In this document: one piece after another, positions 19,196-28,108 of the stretch
How positions within the stretch are numbered: the first letter of the stretch is position 1
Layout of the letters: every line of letters starts with the position of its first letter
From: Candidatus Bathyarchaeota archaeon
GTDB taxonomy: Archaea; Thermoproteota; Bathyarchaeia; Bathyarchaeales; Bathycorpusculaceae
DNA length: 64,000 nucleotides
Assembly (NCBI GenBank): GCA_963720565.1
Contig: CAVRFW010000003.1
Span: forward strand, 96,001 to 160,000
Reading direction: 5' to 3'
Made by a program: the position numbers and the translations under genes
The notes under the pieces: model-generated
Told to the model about the DNA's origin: nothing
Database searches by the model: none
Seen by the model: only the letters and a program-made list of their open reading frames with translations

Positions 19196-20203
19196 TCAGC
19201 GATTTAGTGCGGTCCAAAGATGGTCTGATGTGGGTCTAGGCAGGGTTCTTGTTTCGCCGTTTTTGGACACCAAAACTCGTTCATTTGCATTTTCCAGAAA
19301 TTCGCCTATGAGCGAAGCTTGGATATGGCTCAATTTCAGGTTTCTGATTATCTTGTTTGCGGTTTTCGGCTCTGCAGAAATAACCAGGGCTCCGGAGCTT
19401 ATGAGTTTCAGTGGATCTAATCTGAAGTGTTTGCAAATCTTCGCCGTTTCAGAGGCAATGGGGATTTTCTCTTCAAAGATTTTTACTCCCAAGTGTGAGG
19501 CATCTGCCATTTCGTTGATTCCTCCCGTTACACCGCCTTCTGTCGGGTCGTGCATTGCGTGGACTCCTCCTGTTCTATAAGCTGTTAGGGCATCTTTTAC
19601 CACACTTATTCGTTCGTAGAATATCTTGGCGTTCTGCAGATCCATTGTACTCATGGTTTTTTTAAGTTCTTTCTCACGGTCGGTGGCCAGAATAGCGGTA
19701 CCTTCTATACCGGCCGTTTTGGTTAGGATGAGTTTGTCTCCTGCTTCTGCCCCGCTGGCAGTTACATATTTGCCCTTTTCTGTTAAGCCTATTATGCAAC
19801 AAACGACTATGGGCCTAGTCAAGCTGGGTGTTACTTCGCAATGCCCGCCAACGATGGCTACACCCAGGTTTTGGGCTGCAATGTTCATCTGATTGCTAAT
19901 TGTCTCGACTAGTCCCTTAAGTGCACCATCAGGTAGGAGTATGCATGAGAAAAGAAAAGCGGGCTCAACACCAAAAGTGGCTATATCGTTAGCATTCACG
20001 TTGACAGCTAGCCAACCGATTCGTTCGACAGCTCCAGTGATGGGATCCATTGACACTATCAAGGACTTATCTCCCACGTCTATAACCGCGCCGTCGACAC
20101 CGACTGACGGTCCAACTGCTACTTCCTGACGTGAAGCACCGAGGTTCCTGAAAACGACTTCTTTTAGAATGTCTACGGGAATCTTCCCTTGGGGTAATCT
20201 CAT
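19196..20203 (-). CDS. AIR synthase (PurM)-superfamily protein, not HypE
   Basis: GVDGAV, SMDPITG, NANDIA, GGHCE, AMHDPTEGG and LISSG motifs; lacks the HypE C-terminal PRIC. Confidence 0.85.
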   Translation of the reverse strand: MRLPQGKIPVDILKEVVFRNLGASRQEVAVGPSVGVDGAVIDVGDKSLIVSMDPITGAVERIGWLAVNVNANDIATFGVEPAFLFSCILLPDGALKGLVETISNQMNIAAQNLGVAIVGGHCEVTPSLTRPIVVCCIIGLTEKGKYVTASGAEAGDKLILTKTAGIEGTAILATDREKELKKTMSTMDLQNAKIFYERISVVKDALTAYRTGGVHAMHDPTEGGVTGGINEMADASHLGVKIFEEKIPIASETAKICKHFRLDPLKLISSGALVISAEPKTANKIIRNLKLSHIQASLIGEFLENANERVLVSKNGETRTLPRPTSDHLWTALNR

Positions 20204-20229
20204 CTTCGCTCACCTGAAACGTTGTATAT

Positions 20230-20763
20230 CTAGCTTTTAAGTTGTGGGAAAACGCGTAAAACAATGTGAACGATGGGCATCGCTATCACCAAGCCAACGA
20301 GCATCTGTACGATGTTAAATGGAACCTCGATAAGTGCTACAGCAAATGGATAGCCTAGTACCATTTGCTCGTAGACAAAATAACCCGCAACCATCAATAA
20401 TCCTCCGGGAATGATGGAAACAACAGCCCGTAGGTCGGTGTTCGATATTTGTTTCCGAAGACTCATGTAAAGAAAGCCCACAATAGCGCCCTCACAAACT
20501 TTAATTAGGAAAGTTCCGGGCGCAAATTGCGCTGTTCCTGGGATAAGTATATCCGCTATTGTAGCTCCAGCGCCGGCGAACGCTCCTACGAATGGACCAA
20601 ACATCAAGGCAGCAAAGTAGACTATAATTTCGCCCAAATTGAAGTATCCACTTGTGGCTGGTACATAAATGACAAAAGAGTAAGTAGCGATAAACACCAA
20701 AGCTGCCAAGACTGATCCCAAAGCTAGTTTAAGTGTCGGCCTTGGAGAATTCTCCTTTTTCAT
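20230..20763 (-). CDS. ECF transporter S (substrate-specific) component
   Basis: 177 aa, mostly TM helices; LAALVF, GYFNLGE, ALMFGP..GAFAG and NIVQ motifs. Confidence 0.88.
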   Translation of the reverse strand: MKKENSPRPTLKLALGSVLAALVFIATYSFVIYVPATSGYFNLGEIIVYFAALMFGPFVGAFAGAGATIADILIPGTAQFAPGTFLIKVCEGAIVGFLYMSLRKQISNTDLRAVVSIIPGGLLMVAGYFVYEQMVLGYPFAVALIEVPFNIVQMLVGLVIAMPIVHIVLRVFPQLKS

Positions 20764-21401
20764 TATTCTCTCACTGTGTTTTTTTGTGTTTGTTCTTTTA
20801 TTATTCTCTCAGCTACTGCTAAATCATTTTGTGTATTTATGTTCAGAAGTACCCCAATCTCTTCGGTTATTATGGCACTAGTGTCTATTTTTCCCACGTT
20901 TCGAATTCTTGCACCGTTTATTATGTTCACTCCAGAGACAGCATACATTATGCCATTGTACTCATCTGTGGATGAAACTGAAAGGTTGAGCTCTTCACGT
21001 GCTTTTATGGGAACAAAAACAGCTAATGCATCTTTCCTACATTTTGCGAAAACTGAAACTACCTTGTCTATGAATTCTCCCGTTAAAGCTGGCAAATCAG
21101 AGGGAATAACCAAGACTGGACATGGCAAATGAGCTTTTAGGATAGCCTGTCCTAAATCGTCATGATAGCTTCTACCGTCAGTCTTTATTACTGGCAATCC
21201 GTCGCTCATGCATTTTGCTTCTGTGTCAGGTGTGTTTGGGCTGGTCACGACGAAAAATTTTGAAACCTTTCTCGCAGACCTAGCTGCATCCACTGCATGC
21301 TCTATGAGGGGCTTGCCCATGAAAGGCAACAGTGGTTTCTCACCAGTTAACTCCATCCTTCTGCCTTTGCCACCTGCCATTATTAGAGCAGGAACTTTCA
21401 A
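20763..21401 (-). CDS. CobY-like nucleotidyltransferase, second copy
   Basis: MAGGKGRRM, EKPL, TSPNTP, SYHDDL, SDLP, GVNII and NINT..DL motifs; paralogous to 28109-28729. Confidence 0.85.
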   Translation of the reverse strand: MKVPALIMAGGKGRRMELTGEKPLLPFMGKPLIEHAVDAARSARKVSKFFVVTSPNTPDTEAKCMSDGLPVIKTDGRSYHDDLGQAILKAHLPCPVLVIPSDLPALTGEFIDKVVSVFAKCRKDALAVFVPIKAREELNLSVSSTDEYNGIMYAVSGVNIINGARIRNVGKIDTSAIITEEIGVLLNINTQNDLAVAERIIKEQTQKNTVRE

Positions 21402-22201
21402 AACATCAACACTCCTGCTACAAGAACCAACACTGCGGCTCTGACAACTTCGTTGGTCGCTCCCATCATGTCGCCAGATACTCCGCCAAAAACACTCTTT
21501 CCCACCTCTCCCATTAAAACTCCCAGAGCAACGCTGACAAGAATTATCCCAACACCTGTCAAACCCAGAAGCGGAACAACAATTATAGTAGCAATCAAGT
21601 AAGCTATTACATTGCGCTTTCTTTTAGCGCTATCTAGAAAAATCGATCCTAACCCTTTGTGGGTGGGTTTACCAACTACAGCGATTGTAACCACTGCCAA
21701 CTTAGATGCTACTTCGGCAGCGATTAGTGCCAAAAAACCCGTTTCCACATTTAGGAGAGCCAAACCGAAAAACGCCAAAAACTCGACAGCGATAGCCAAA
21801 ACAGCACCCTTGTATGAAACAACCCAACTGTGCGCTACCGCTCGTCTTTCTTCCAGGTTGCCTGACCCCACGGCATTGCCCAAATCCACAAGTCCGTCAA
21901 AGTGCTGAAGCCCTGTCAAAACAAGCAGAAAAGCCACTGTCATTATTGCAGGGACCAAGCTCAACAGAAACAAGGTCGGAACTTGAACAAGCAAGTTGAC
22001 AAACAGGAGAATATGAGACAATAAGAAGCCAGAAACAAGAAAATACGCTCCACCAAGCAGGCCAATGAAAGCCCCTATCAACGGAAACAAGCAAATGTGC
22101 TCGGCAGTCGTTACAACAAAATCCTCCGTATTGCCCAACGGTATTATTGTGAAGAAAGAAAGCATATCCCTAAAAGTTTTTATAGCTTTCATCGGCGACA
22201 T
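21398..22201 (-). CDS. CobS-like membrane protein, diverged second copy
   Basis: SFFTIIP, FPLIG, TGLQHFDGLVD, GLGSIF and FGGVSGDMMGA motifs; paralogous to 28720-29472. Confidence 0.85.
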   Translation of the reverse strand: MSPMKAIKTFRDMLSFFTIIPLGNTEDFVVTTAEHICLFPLIGAFIGLLGGAYFLVSGFLLSHILLFVNLLVQVPTLFLLSLVPAIMTVAFLLVLTGLQHFDGLVDLGNAVGSGNLEERRAVAHSWVVSYKGAVLAIAVEFLAFFGLALLNVETGFLALIAAEVASKLAVVTIAVVGKPTHKGLGSIFLDSAKRKRNVIAYLIATIIVVPLLGLTGVGIILVSVALGVLMGEVGKSVFGGVSGDMMGATNEVVRAAVLVLVAGVLMF

Positions 22202-22247
22202 ATACCATTAACTCCTATAAATAAGATATAGCTTTGTCGTGAACTTC
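22202..22247. promoter_or_regulatory. Compact divergent promoter region between the cobS-like operon and the epimerase-UbiA-Tes operon
   Basis: Under 50 nt between opposing starts; contains AT-rich CCTATAAATAAGATATA, which reads as TATA-like on both strands. Confidence 0.5.
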
Positions 22248-23180
22248 ATGGTTCAACTCGAAGATAAACGAATACTGGTAACCGGGGGCGCTGGCTTCGT
22301 CGGTTTCCACTTATGCAAGAGGCTCTCAGAACTAACGCCTCAACTAACAATATACGATAACCTGTCAAGCGGAAAACTTGAGAACGTAAAAGACGTACCA
22401 AGAGCAAAATTCGTAAAAGGAGATATATTAAACCCCGAAAAACTCTTTTCATTGCAAAAGGCTGACTTGATTTATCATCTTGCAGCCCAAGTGGTTGTTC
22501 CTTACTCTATGGAAAATCCCATCGAGGATTTCGAAACCAACGCACGAGGAACACTTAATGTGCTAGAAAAAGCACGCAAAGACGACTCAAGACTCATTTT
22601 TGCATCAAGCGCAGCGGTCTACGGTAACCCCGATAAACTTCCAACCGATGAAACCTACGGTTTCAACCCCTTCTCTTGCTATGGCTTGTCAAAAGTTGTC
22701 GGCGAAGAATACTGCAACATGTATGCAAGCCAATACGGCTTGGACATCACAATTCTGCGATTCTCAAACATTTATGGCTCAAGATGCCACGGCGTTATCA
22801 ACGACTTCTTGGACAAAATCAGTAAAAACCCAAGCAAGCTGGAAATCATCGGAACAGGTCTTCAATCCCGAGATTTCATCCACATCTCTGATATTGTTAA
22901 CGCTCTCATAATTTGCGCAAAAAACGAGAAAGCTGTGGGTCAAACCTACAATTTGGGCTACGGAGAGACAACAAAAATCATCGACCTTGCTAAGACACTT
23001 CTCAAAATTCTCAATCTGTCCAGTAAAACTGTCATAACAACAACCAACGTTTCCTGGCATGGAGATGTCACTACCATCTGGTTTGACATAGCCAAGGCTA
23101 GGAAGGAGTTAAATTGGCACCCGAAAATGGCTCTTGAAGATATCTTAAGAGACATGGTCAAAGAGAGGAAAATCGGATGA
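22248..23180 (+). CDS. NAD-dependent epimerase/dehydratase (extended SDR, GalE-like)
   Basis: VTGGAGFVG, HLAA, ASSAAVYG, catalytic YGLSK and RDFIHI motifs. Confidence 0.93.
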   Translation: MVQLEDKRILVTGGAGFVGFHLCKRLSELTPQLTIYDNLSSGKLENVKDVPRAKFVKGDILNPEKLFSLQKADLIYHLAAQVVVPYSMENPIEDFETNARGTLNVLEKARKDDSRLIFASSAAVYGNPDKLPTDETYGFNPFSCYGLSKVVGEEYCNMYASQYGLDITILRFSNIYGSRCHGVINDFLDKISKNPSKLEIIGTGLQSRDFIHISDIVNALIICAKNEKAVGQTYNLGYGETTKIIDLAKTLLKILNLSSKTVITTTNVSWHGDVTTIWFDIAKARKELNWHPKMALEDILRDMVKERKIG

Positions 23181-24070
23181 CTTCGACGTCTACCAAAGGC
23201 TTGCTTGCTCTTCTACGTCTGCCCTACTGGATGATGACCGGCGGACTTGCGCTCCTGACTTCCTTCGCGATAACCAAAGGTTCGATAGACCTGCAAACCG
23301 CGTTTCTAACTTTCTTCTCAATGGCCTTCATAACATCGGCAGGTTTCGCCCTTAACGATTACTTTGACAAGGAAAGCGACGCCATAATAAAACCAAAACG
23401 CCCAATCCCTTCAGGCGCTCTGTCCCTGAAGCAAGTGGTAGCTGCATCACTACTGCTTTTCGTAGTAGGTCTAGGCCTTTCCGCTTTCATAAATAAACTC
23501 GGTTTTCTGATCCTGCTTGCCGATTCCATTCTGCTAGTATTTTACTCTGCATTTATCAAAAGAAAATCTGGTTTTGCTGCCAACATCACGGTTGGCATCT
23601 TAACCGGAACCGCATTTCTCTTTGGTGAAGCAGTTACCCTAGGATCAGCTGTCTGGAACCCTACTGCTTTAACTCTTGCCTCATTGAGTCTCTACCCCAT
23701 TGCCTGCGGGACAATCGGCGGTAACGTTCTGCGGGACATTCTTAGTCTTGAAGGTGATTCAAAGATTGGGTATCCAACGCTTCCCCAGAAAATCGGTAAC
23801 TTCAATTCCGCAAAGGTTGCAGCTGTTTTCTTCATCATAACTGGAGTCCTGTCTCCTTTGCCTTATTTTATTGGAGGCTTCACAATGTTCTATTTGCCGC
23901 TTATCTTGGCGTGGGGCATTATCCTCATCTACGCCTCAATTCGTCTTATGCTTACAACTTCGCTTGCAGACGTGCGTAAATATGAACGAATGGTTACTAT
24001 GTCTATGATTCTTCTACCACTGGCACTTGTTCTTGAGGCTCTATCCTCGCTGCTTGGAGGACTTGTGTGA
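23177..24070 (+). CDS. UbiA-family prenyltransferase, DGGGP-synthase-like (diverged)
   Basis: NDYFDKESDAIIKPKRPIPSG first Asp-rich motif, FYS..IKR and RDILSLEGDSKIGYPTLP second motif; polytopic membrane protein. Confidence 0.88.
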   Translation: MTSTSTKGLLALLRLPYWMMTGGLALLTSFAITKGSIDLQTAFLTFFSMAFITSAGFALNDYFDKESDAIIKPKRPIPSGALSLKQVVAASLLLFVVGLGLSAFINKLGFLILLADSILLVFYSAFIKRKSGFAANITVGILTGTAFLFGEAVTLGSAVWNPTALTLASLSLYPIACGTIGGNVLRDILSLEGDSKIGYPTLPQKIGNFNSAKVAAVFFIITGVLSPLPYFIGGFTMFYLPLILAWGIILIYASIRLMLTTSLADVRKYERMVTMSMILLPLALVLEALSSLLGGLV

Positions 24071-25533
24071 AAAAGACCAAGAGTATTTGTCCAGAATGCC
24101 AGAAAAAGATTGATGCAGACTTAACTGTTGAAAATGGCAAAATCGTAATTACGAAGCTATGTGACGAACACGGGGTTTTCAAATCGACTCACTGGCAGAG
24201 TCCAGGTATCTACGATTATGCTGAAGCTTTTGATTACTTCAAGTATTTCGAAGATCCAAATTCTTCCGCTAATCCTAACGGTTGCCCGTACGCGTGTGAG
24301 AACTGTGGAAACCACACTTCGGACACCGTAATCGGCGTGATTGATGTTACAAAAAAATGTGATCTCAAGTGCGCAGTTTGTTTCTCCACCTTCTCCGATC
24401 ACATCGTTGATTATGAACCTACCAAAAACGAACTTGTAGAAATTTTGACCTATCTAAGTAAACGCAACCCTAAACCTCCCGCAATCCTTTTCTCAGGTGG
24501 AGAACCATTGGAACGCGAGGACATCCACGAGATCATTGGAACTGCGCACCAGCTGAAATTTATGACCATACTGGCAACCAATGGGATCCATCTGGCTGAA
24601 AATCCTGAGCTTGCTGAAAGGCTAAAACGGAACGGGTTAAACATTGTTTACTTGCAGTTTGACAGTTTTGCAGACTCTTTCTACGAGAAAATCCGCGGCC
24701 GTAAGCTTCTAGAACTCAAGTACAGAGCGGTAGAGGTTTGTCGCAAACTTGACATGGAAATTATCTTGGTTACTACGTTGATGCGGGGCTTCAACGATGG
24801 AGAAGTTGGCAAGATCGTGCGGTTTGCAGCAAAGAACTCGGATATTATTCGCGGTTTGATTTTTCAGCCGATAGCATTTACAGGTCGTGCCACCGACAAT
24901 CCATTTAAGGAAGCATGGCGGGACTGGCGGTTCGCCGAGGATGTTGAGGATCAAACACACGGTGAAATCAAGACGGCAGACTTTTTCCCCTTGGGTGTAA
25001 TGGTTTCGCCGATAAAGATAATGCGAAAATTCATGAAAAAACCTTGGCCGCTGTTTTCGTGTAGTCCCCATTGTGGCATCGTTAACTGGATGTATGTTGC
25101 AAAGAGTGGCAGAATTATTCCGATTAATCATTTCGTGGATTTCGAACGGTTTTTTAGGATGATTCTAAAAACTGCTCAGAATGTTGAGTCTAAGGGTCGA
25201 ATTTCTCTTCTTTCTTCGCTATTTATGGCAGCAATGATGTCATTGAACATGCCCCTTGTCACCAAGGAAGTTGGCATATTCACCTTATTAAGAAGTATTT
25301 TGAAGATGCATATATCGCCAAGCTACCAGTCGCTGGGTCCTATCCGCAGAAAAATTTTCCTGCTGGGATGCATGGCTTTCATGGATCAGCATAACTTCGA
25401 TGTTAATCGAGTGCGAAGATGCGTCATTCATTATGTTACCCCAAACTTGAAGATTATTCCTTTTTGTGCTTACAATAATGTCCATAGGATTGACACGGAA
25501 GAAAACTATGTTGCCCGGCAGAATGTTGCCTGA
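24067..25533 (+). CDS. tes: Tetraether lipid synthase (Tes / GDGT-MAS, MJ0619 family)-like radical SAM protein
   Basis: N-terminal CPEC..CDEH metal site, GCPYACENC auxiliary cluster, CDLKCAVC radical SAM motif, YLQFD, GFNDGEVG, FQP..FTGR, SPHCG and C-terminal CMAFMD..NFD..RVRRCVIHY.....IIPFCAYN. This matches MJ0619 architecture as recalled. Confidence 0.85.
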   Translation: MKKTKSICPECQKKIDADLTVENGKIVITKLCDEHGVFKSTHWQSPGIYDYAEAFDYFKYFEDPNSSANPNGCPYACENCGNHTSDTVIGVIDVTKKCDLKCAVCFSTFSDHIVDYEPTKNELVEILTYLSKRNPKPPAILFSGGEPLEREDIHEIIGTAHQLKFMTILATNGIHLAENPELAERLKRNGLNIVYLQFDSFADSFYEKIRGRKLLELKYRAVEVCRKLDMEIILVTTLMRGFNDGEVGKIVRFAAKNSDIIRGLIFQPIAFTGRATDNPFKEAWRDWRFAEDVEDQTHGEIKTADFFPLGVMVSPIKIMRKFMKKPWPLFSCSPHCGIVNWMYVAKSGRIIPINHFVDFERFFRMILKTAQNVESKGRISLLSSLFMAAMMSLNMPLVTKEVGIFTLLRSILKMHISPSYQSLGPIRRKIFLLGCMAFMDQHNFDVNRVRRCVIHYVTPNLKIIPFCAYNNVHRIDTEENYVARQNVA

Positions 25534-25539
25534 AAAGCT

Positions 25540-26058
25540 TTAGATTTGGTCTACAACTTCGATCTTCAAGACACAATAGTTGTGAGTGAATTCGAATTCC
25601 TCAGCGCCTTGGCTGCAAATCCAAAGTTCGTAGGCTACAGAATAATTACCTGGGCTATTTATGGTTGTTTTCGCCATGATTTCCCAGGATTCATCTTTTT
25701 CCAGTGTTTTTACGTAGCTATTCGTCGGGTCAATTTCAACCGGCGATGCTGAAATACTCCCCCTAATCACTTTTAACCGAACATCAAACTGAAGAGCTTC
25801 TCCCATGTGATTTTCAACCTTAACCCAAACATTTAGCGTGTCGTTGTAGTCGGTGACGAGAAGTTCAGGGTAGTCTATTGCCTTTTTCTGTGGATCAAGC
25901 AAGTAGATTGTGGTGTATCCTTCAGGTGGAAGTCGCGTTATTAGATAGTAACCTATAACTAGGCTTGAAACAAGAATAAGCACTAAGCCAATTGATACGA
26001 TGTAGCCTTTGTCGTCGCTTAGCTTGAGTCTCTCGTTCAAGACCTGAGTCGCTTCCAA
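25540..26058 (-). CDS. DUF1616-like membrane-anchored protein
   Basis: N-terminal TM helix, then EGYTTIYLL..KAIDYP, VENH and YELW pattern. Confidence 0.7.
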   Translation of the reverse strand: MEATQVLNERLKLSDDKGYIVSIGLVLILVSSLVIGYYLITRLPPEGYTTIYLLDPQKKAIDYPELLVTDYNDTLNVWVKVENHMGEALQFDVRLKVIRGSISASPVEIDPTNSYVKTLEKDESWEIMAKTTINSPGNYSVAYELWICSQGAEEFEFTHNYCVLKIEVVDQI

Positions 26059-26750
26059 ACGAATTCTTTATGCATGAGTCCTTTAAGCATTGTTGTGAAG
26101 ATTTCGATTCCTGACTTGAATTTTCTAAGCTTTGTTCTTCCGTACTTCCTTGACTTGTAAGTGGAGGGGACTTCAACCATTTTGAAGTCTTCCTTGGCGA
26201 ATTTTACTAGCATTTCAGTGGCAAATGACATGTCATCCTCGTGAAAGTCAACTCTGCCGATTGCGTCACGTGATATCGCACGGAAACCAGATTGTGTGTC
26301 GCTGAGGAACTCCCCGTAAAGTAGATCGAAACAGAATGTTATTACCTTGTTTCCAACAAAGTTCATAAGTCCCATAGCTTTTTTCGGATCATACATGCGG
26401 GTTGCCATGCACAAATCTGCGTCTTTCTCGACCAGTTTGTCAAGCAGCATATTTATGTGGCGCACTTCGTAGGTTCCGTCACCATCAACCATGACCACAA
26501 CATTGCCTTTTGCATGATTCATGCCTGTTCTGAGTGCAAGACCGTAGCCACGTCTAGATTCTATTATGAGTCTGCAGAAATTGGTGTCCTTAACTATTTC
26601 TTTTGTTCCATCGGTTGAGTTACCGTCAACAACGATTATCTCTTTGGGGTATGCTACTTCATTATGGATTGTTGTTAGTATCTCCCGTATGGTTCCAGCT
26701 TCGTTTAGTGTCGGAATCACTACTGAAACCATTTCTACATTTGATGTCAT
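26037..26750 (-). CDS. Glycosyltransferase family 2, polyprenol-phosphate mannosyltransferase (DPM1)-like
   Basis: VVIPTLNE, VVDGNSTDGT, GYG.AL..G, DGDGTY, DTQSGFRA and EVP..Y..R..G.TK motifs. Confidence 0.92.
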   Translation of the reverse strand: MTSNVEMVSVVIPTLNEAGTIREILTTIHNEVAYPKEIIVVDGNSTDGTKEIVKDTNFCRLIIESRRGYGLALRTGMNHAKGNVVVMVDGDGTYEVRHINMLLDKLVEKDADLCMATRMYDPKKAMGLMNFVGNKVITFCFDLLYGEFLSDTQSGFRAISRDAIGRVDFHEDDMSFATEMLVKFAKEDFKMVEVPSTYKSRKYGRTKLRKFKSGIEIFTTMLKGLMHKEFVWKRLRS

Positions 26751-26798
26751 TCGATTGCGACTCCATGCTTGGAGGGGTTATATAGCTTGCGTTATTAC

Positions 26799-27971
26799 TT
26801 AAATAAGTTCTTCGTATATTTCCGCGAGTTTTCTCACGTTCTGGTCCCAACTGTATTTCTTCTCTACTTTCTCGCGAAGTTCGGTTCTGGAAGATGCTGA
26901 TTTGCTGTTTGAAACGTTCAATATAGCTTCTGCAAGCGAGTATGGGTCATTAGGTGGCGCAATTTCTCCGTAGCCATCAATCATGATTTCCCTTATTCCC
27001 CCTACATCTGTAGCGATAACAGGCAGTCCGCAAGCCATAGCTTCAAGGGCGACCAGCGGTAAGCCTTCTCCAGACTTTGAGGGTAATATGAAAAAGTCGG
27101 CTGCGTTATAGTAAGAAGGCAATTCTTCGTCAGAAACGAAACCCGTAAGCTTAAAATTCTCATCAATTCCCAACTGTTGTATTCTTGCTCTGACTTGAGA
27201 AAAATCGGGACCTCTGCCAACAGCGAGAAAAACTAATCGCGGGTTTTTCTTGATTGCTATTCTCGCACTTTCTATTAGGGTATCGATTCCGTTCTTGTAA
27301 ACAAGTCTCCGCACTGTCACAGCTACAGTCGCGTCGTTGGCTATCCCCAACTTTCTTCTCCTGTTTTCTCTTGTTTCAGTACTGGGTCTAAAACGCTTCA
27401 AATCAACCCCGTTGTGAATCACTTCAGTCTTTTCAGGGTCAGCTCCCAGTCTCAAGACATAGTTCATTGTCGCTTTGCTGACTGCGATGATTTTGTCAGC
27501 TGACCTGAGGATTTGGGTTCCTACGGTTAGGTCATTTAGTTTTTCAATAGTGTTCCATATTCCTTGGTATTCTATAAACGTGTTATGTTGGGTAAGTATG
27601 AATGGCTTTTTGTATTTTTTTGCAAGTTTTGCAGCCACCAATGATGATAGATACGGATGCCCGTGCGCATGTACGAGTTGGCTGGATTTCACTGCTTCCA
27701 AAAATGTTCTTGTGCTACCTATGCTAGGTAGAACGTAGGGTATTCCAAGTCTGAACCCAACGTTAAGTGAATCATAACATCGGACATTTATTCCGTCATA
27801 ACGGTAGCTTTTTTCCGTGCCGATTCGGTTTGTCAACACCATTAGATCAACTCCTTTCTGCATCAGCCTCTTGCCCTGCTCGTAAACGACTCTTTCTATT
27901 CCGCCGACATGAGGCAAAAAAGTGTGTGTTACGATGCACAGACTTAATCGAGCCATGGTGTCCAACTGCAT
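26799..27971 (-). CDS. Glycosyltransferase family 4 (GT-B)
   Basis: PHVGGIE, IHNGVD, KNG..LI and EGLPLVALEAMACGLPVIATDVGG motifs. Confidence 0.94.
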   Translation of the reverse strand: MQLDTMARLSLCIVTHTFLPHVGGIERVVYEQGKRLMQKGVDLMVLTNRIGTEKSYRYDGINVRCYDSLNVGFRLGIPYVLPSIGSTRTFLEAVKSSQLVHAHGHPYLSSLVAAKLAKKYKKPFILTQHNTFIEYQGIWNTIEKLNDLTVGTQILRSADKIIAVSKATMNYVLRLGADPEKTEVIHNGVDLKRFRPSTETRENRRRKLGIANDATVAVTVRRLVYKNGIDTLIESARIAIKKNPRLVFLAVGRGPDFSQVRARIQQLGIDENFKLTGFVSDEELPSYYNAADFFILPSKSGEGLPLVALEAMACGLPVIATDVGGIREIMIDGYGEIAPPNDPYSLAEAILNVSNSKSASSRTELREKVEKKYSWDQNVRKLAEIYEELI

Positions 27972-28108
27972 TATCTCCTCAATCTGTTAAAACTATTATA
28001 AACTTATGGTGAATCTGATGGAATTTCAAAACTTCATTATTTTTTTTGAAAAAACCAAGTAACAAAGCAAATTTGATATTTTCCTGTTCCAATATGTTGT
28101 ATATAGGG

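Noticed and set aside
19196..20203. Second hypE or thiL
   Set aside because: Lacks the HypE C-terminal PRIC and the HGAGG N-terminus, and a true hypE is at 2153-3223. ThiL-specific motifs are not evident, so it is left as PurM superfamily.
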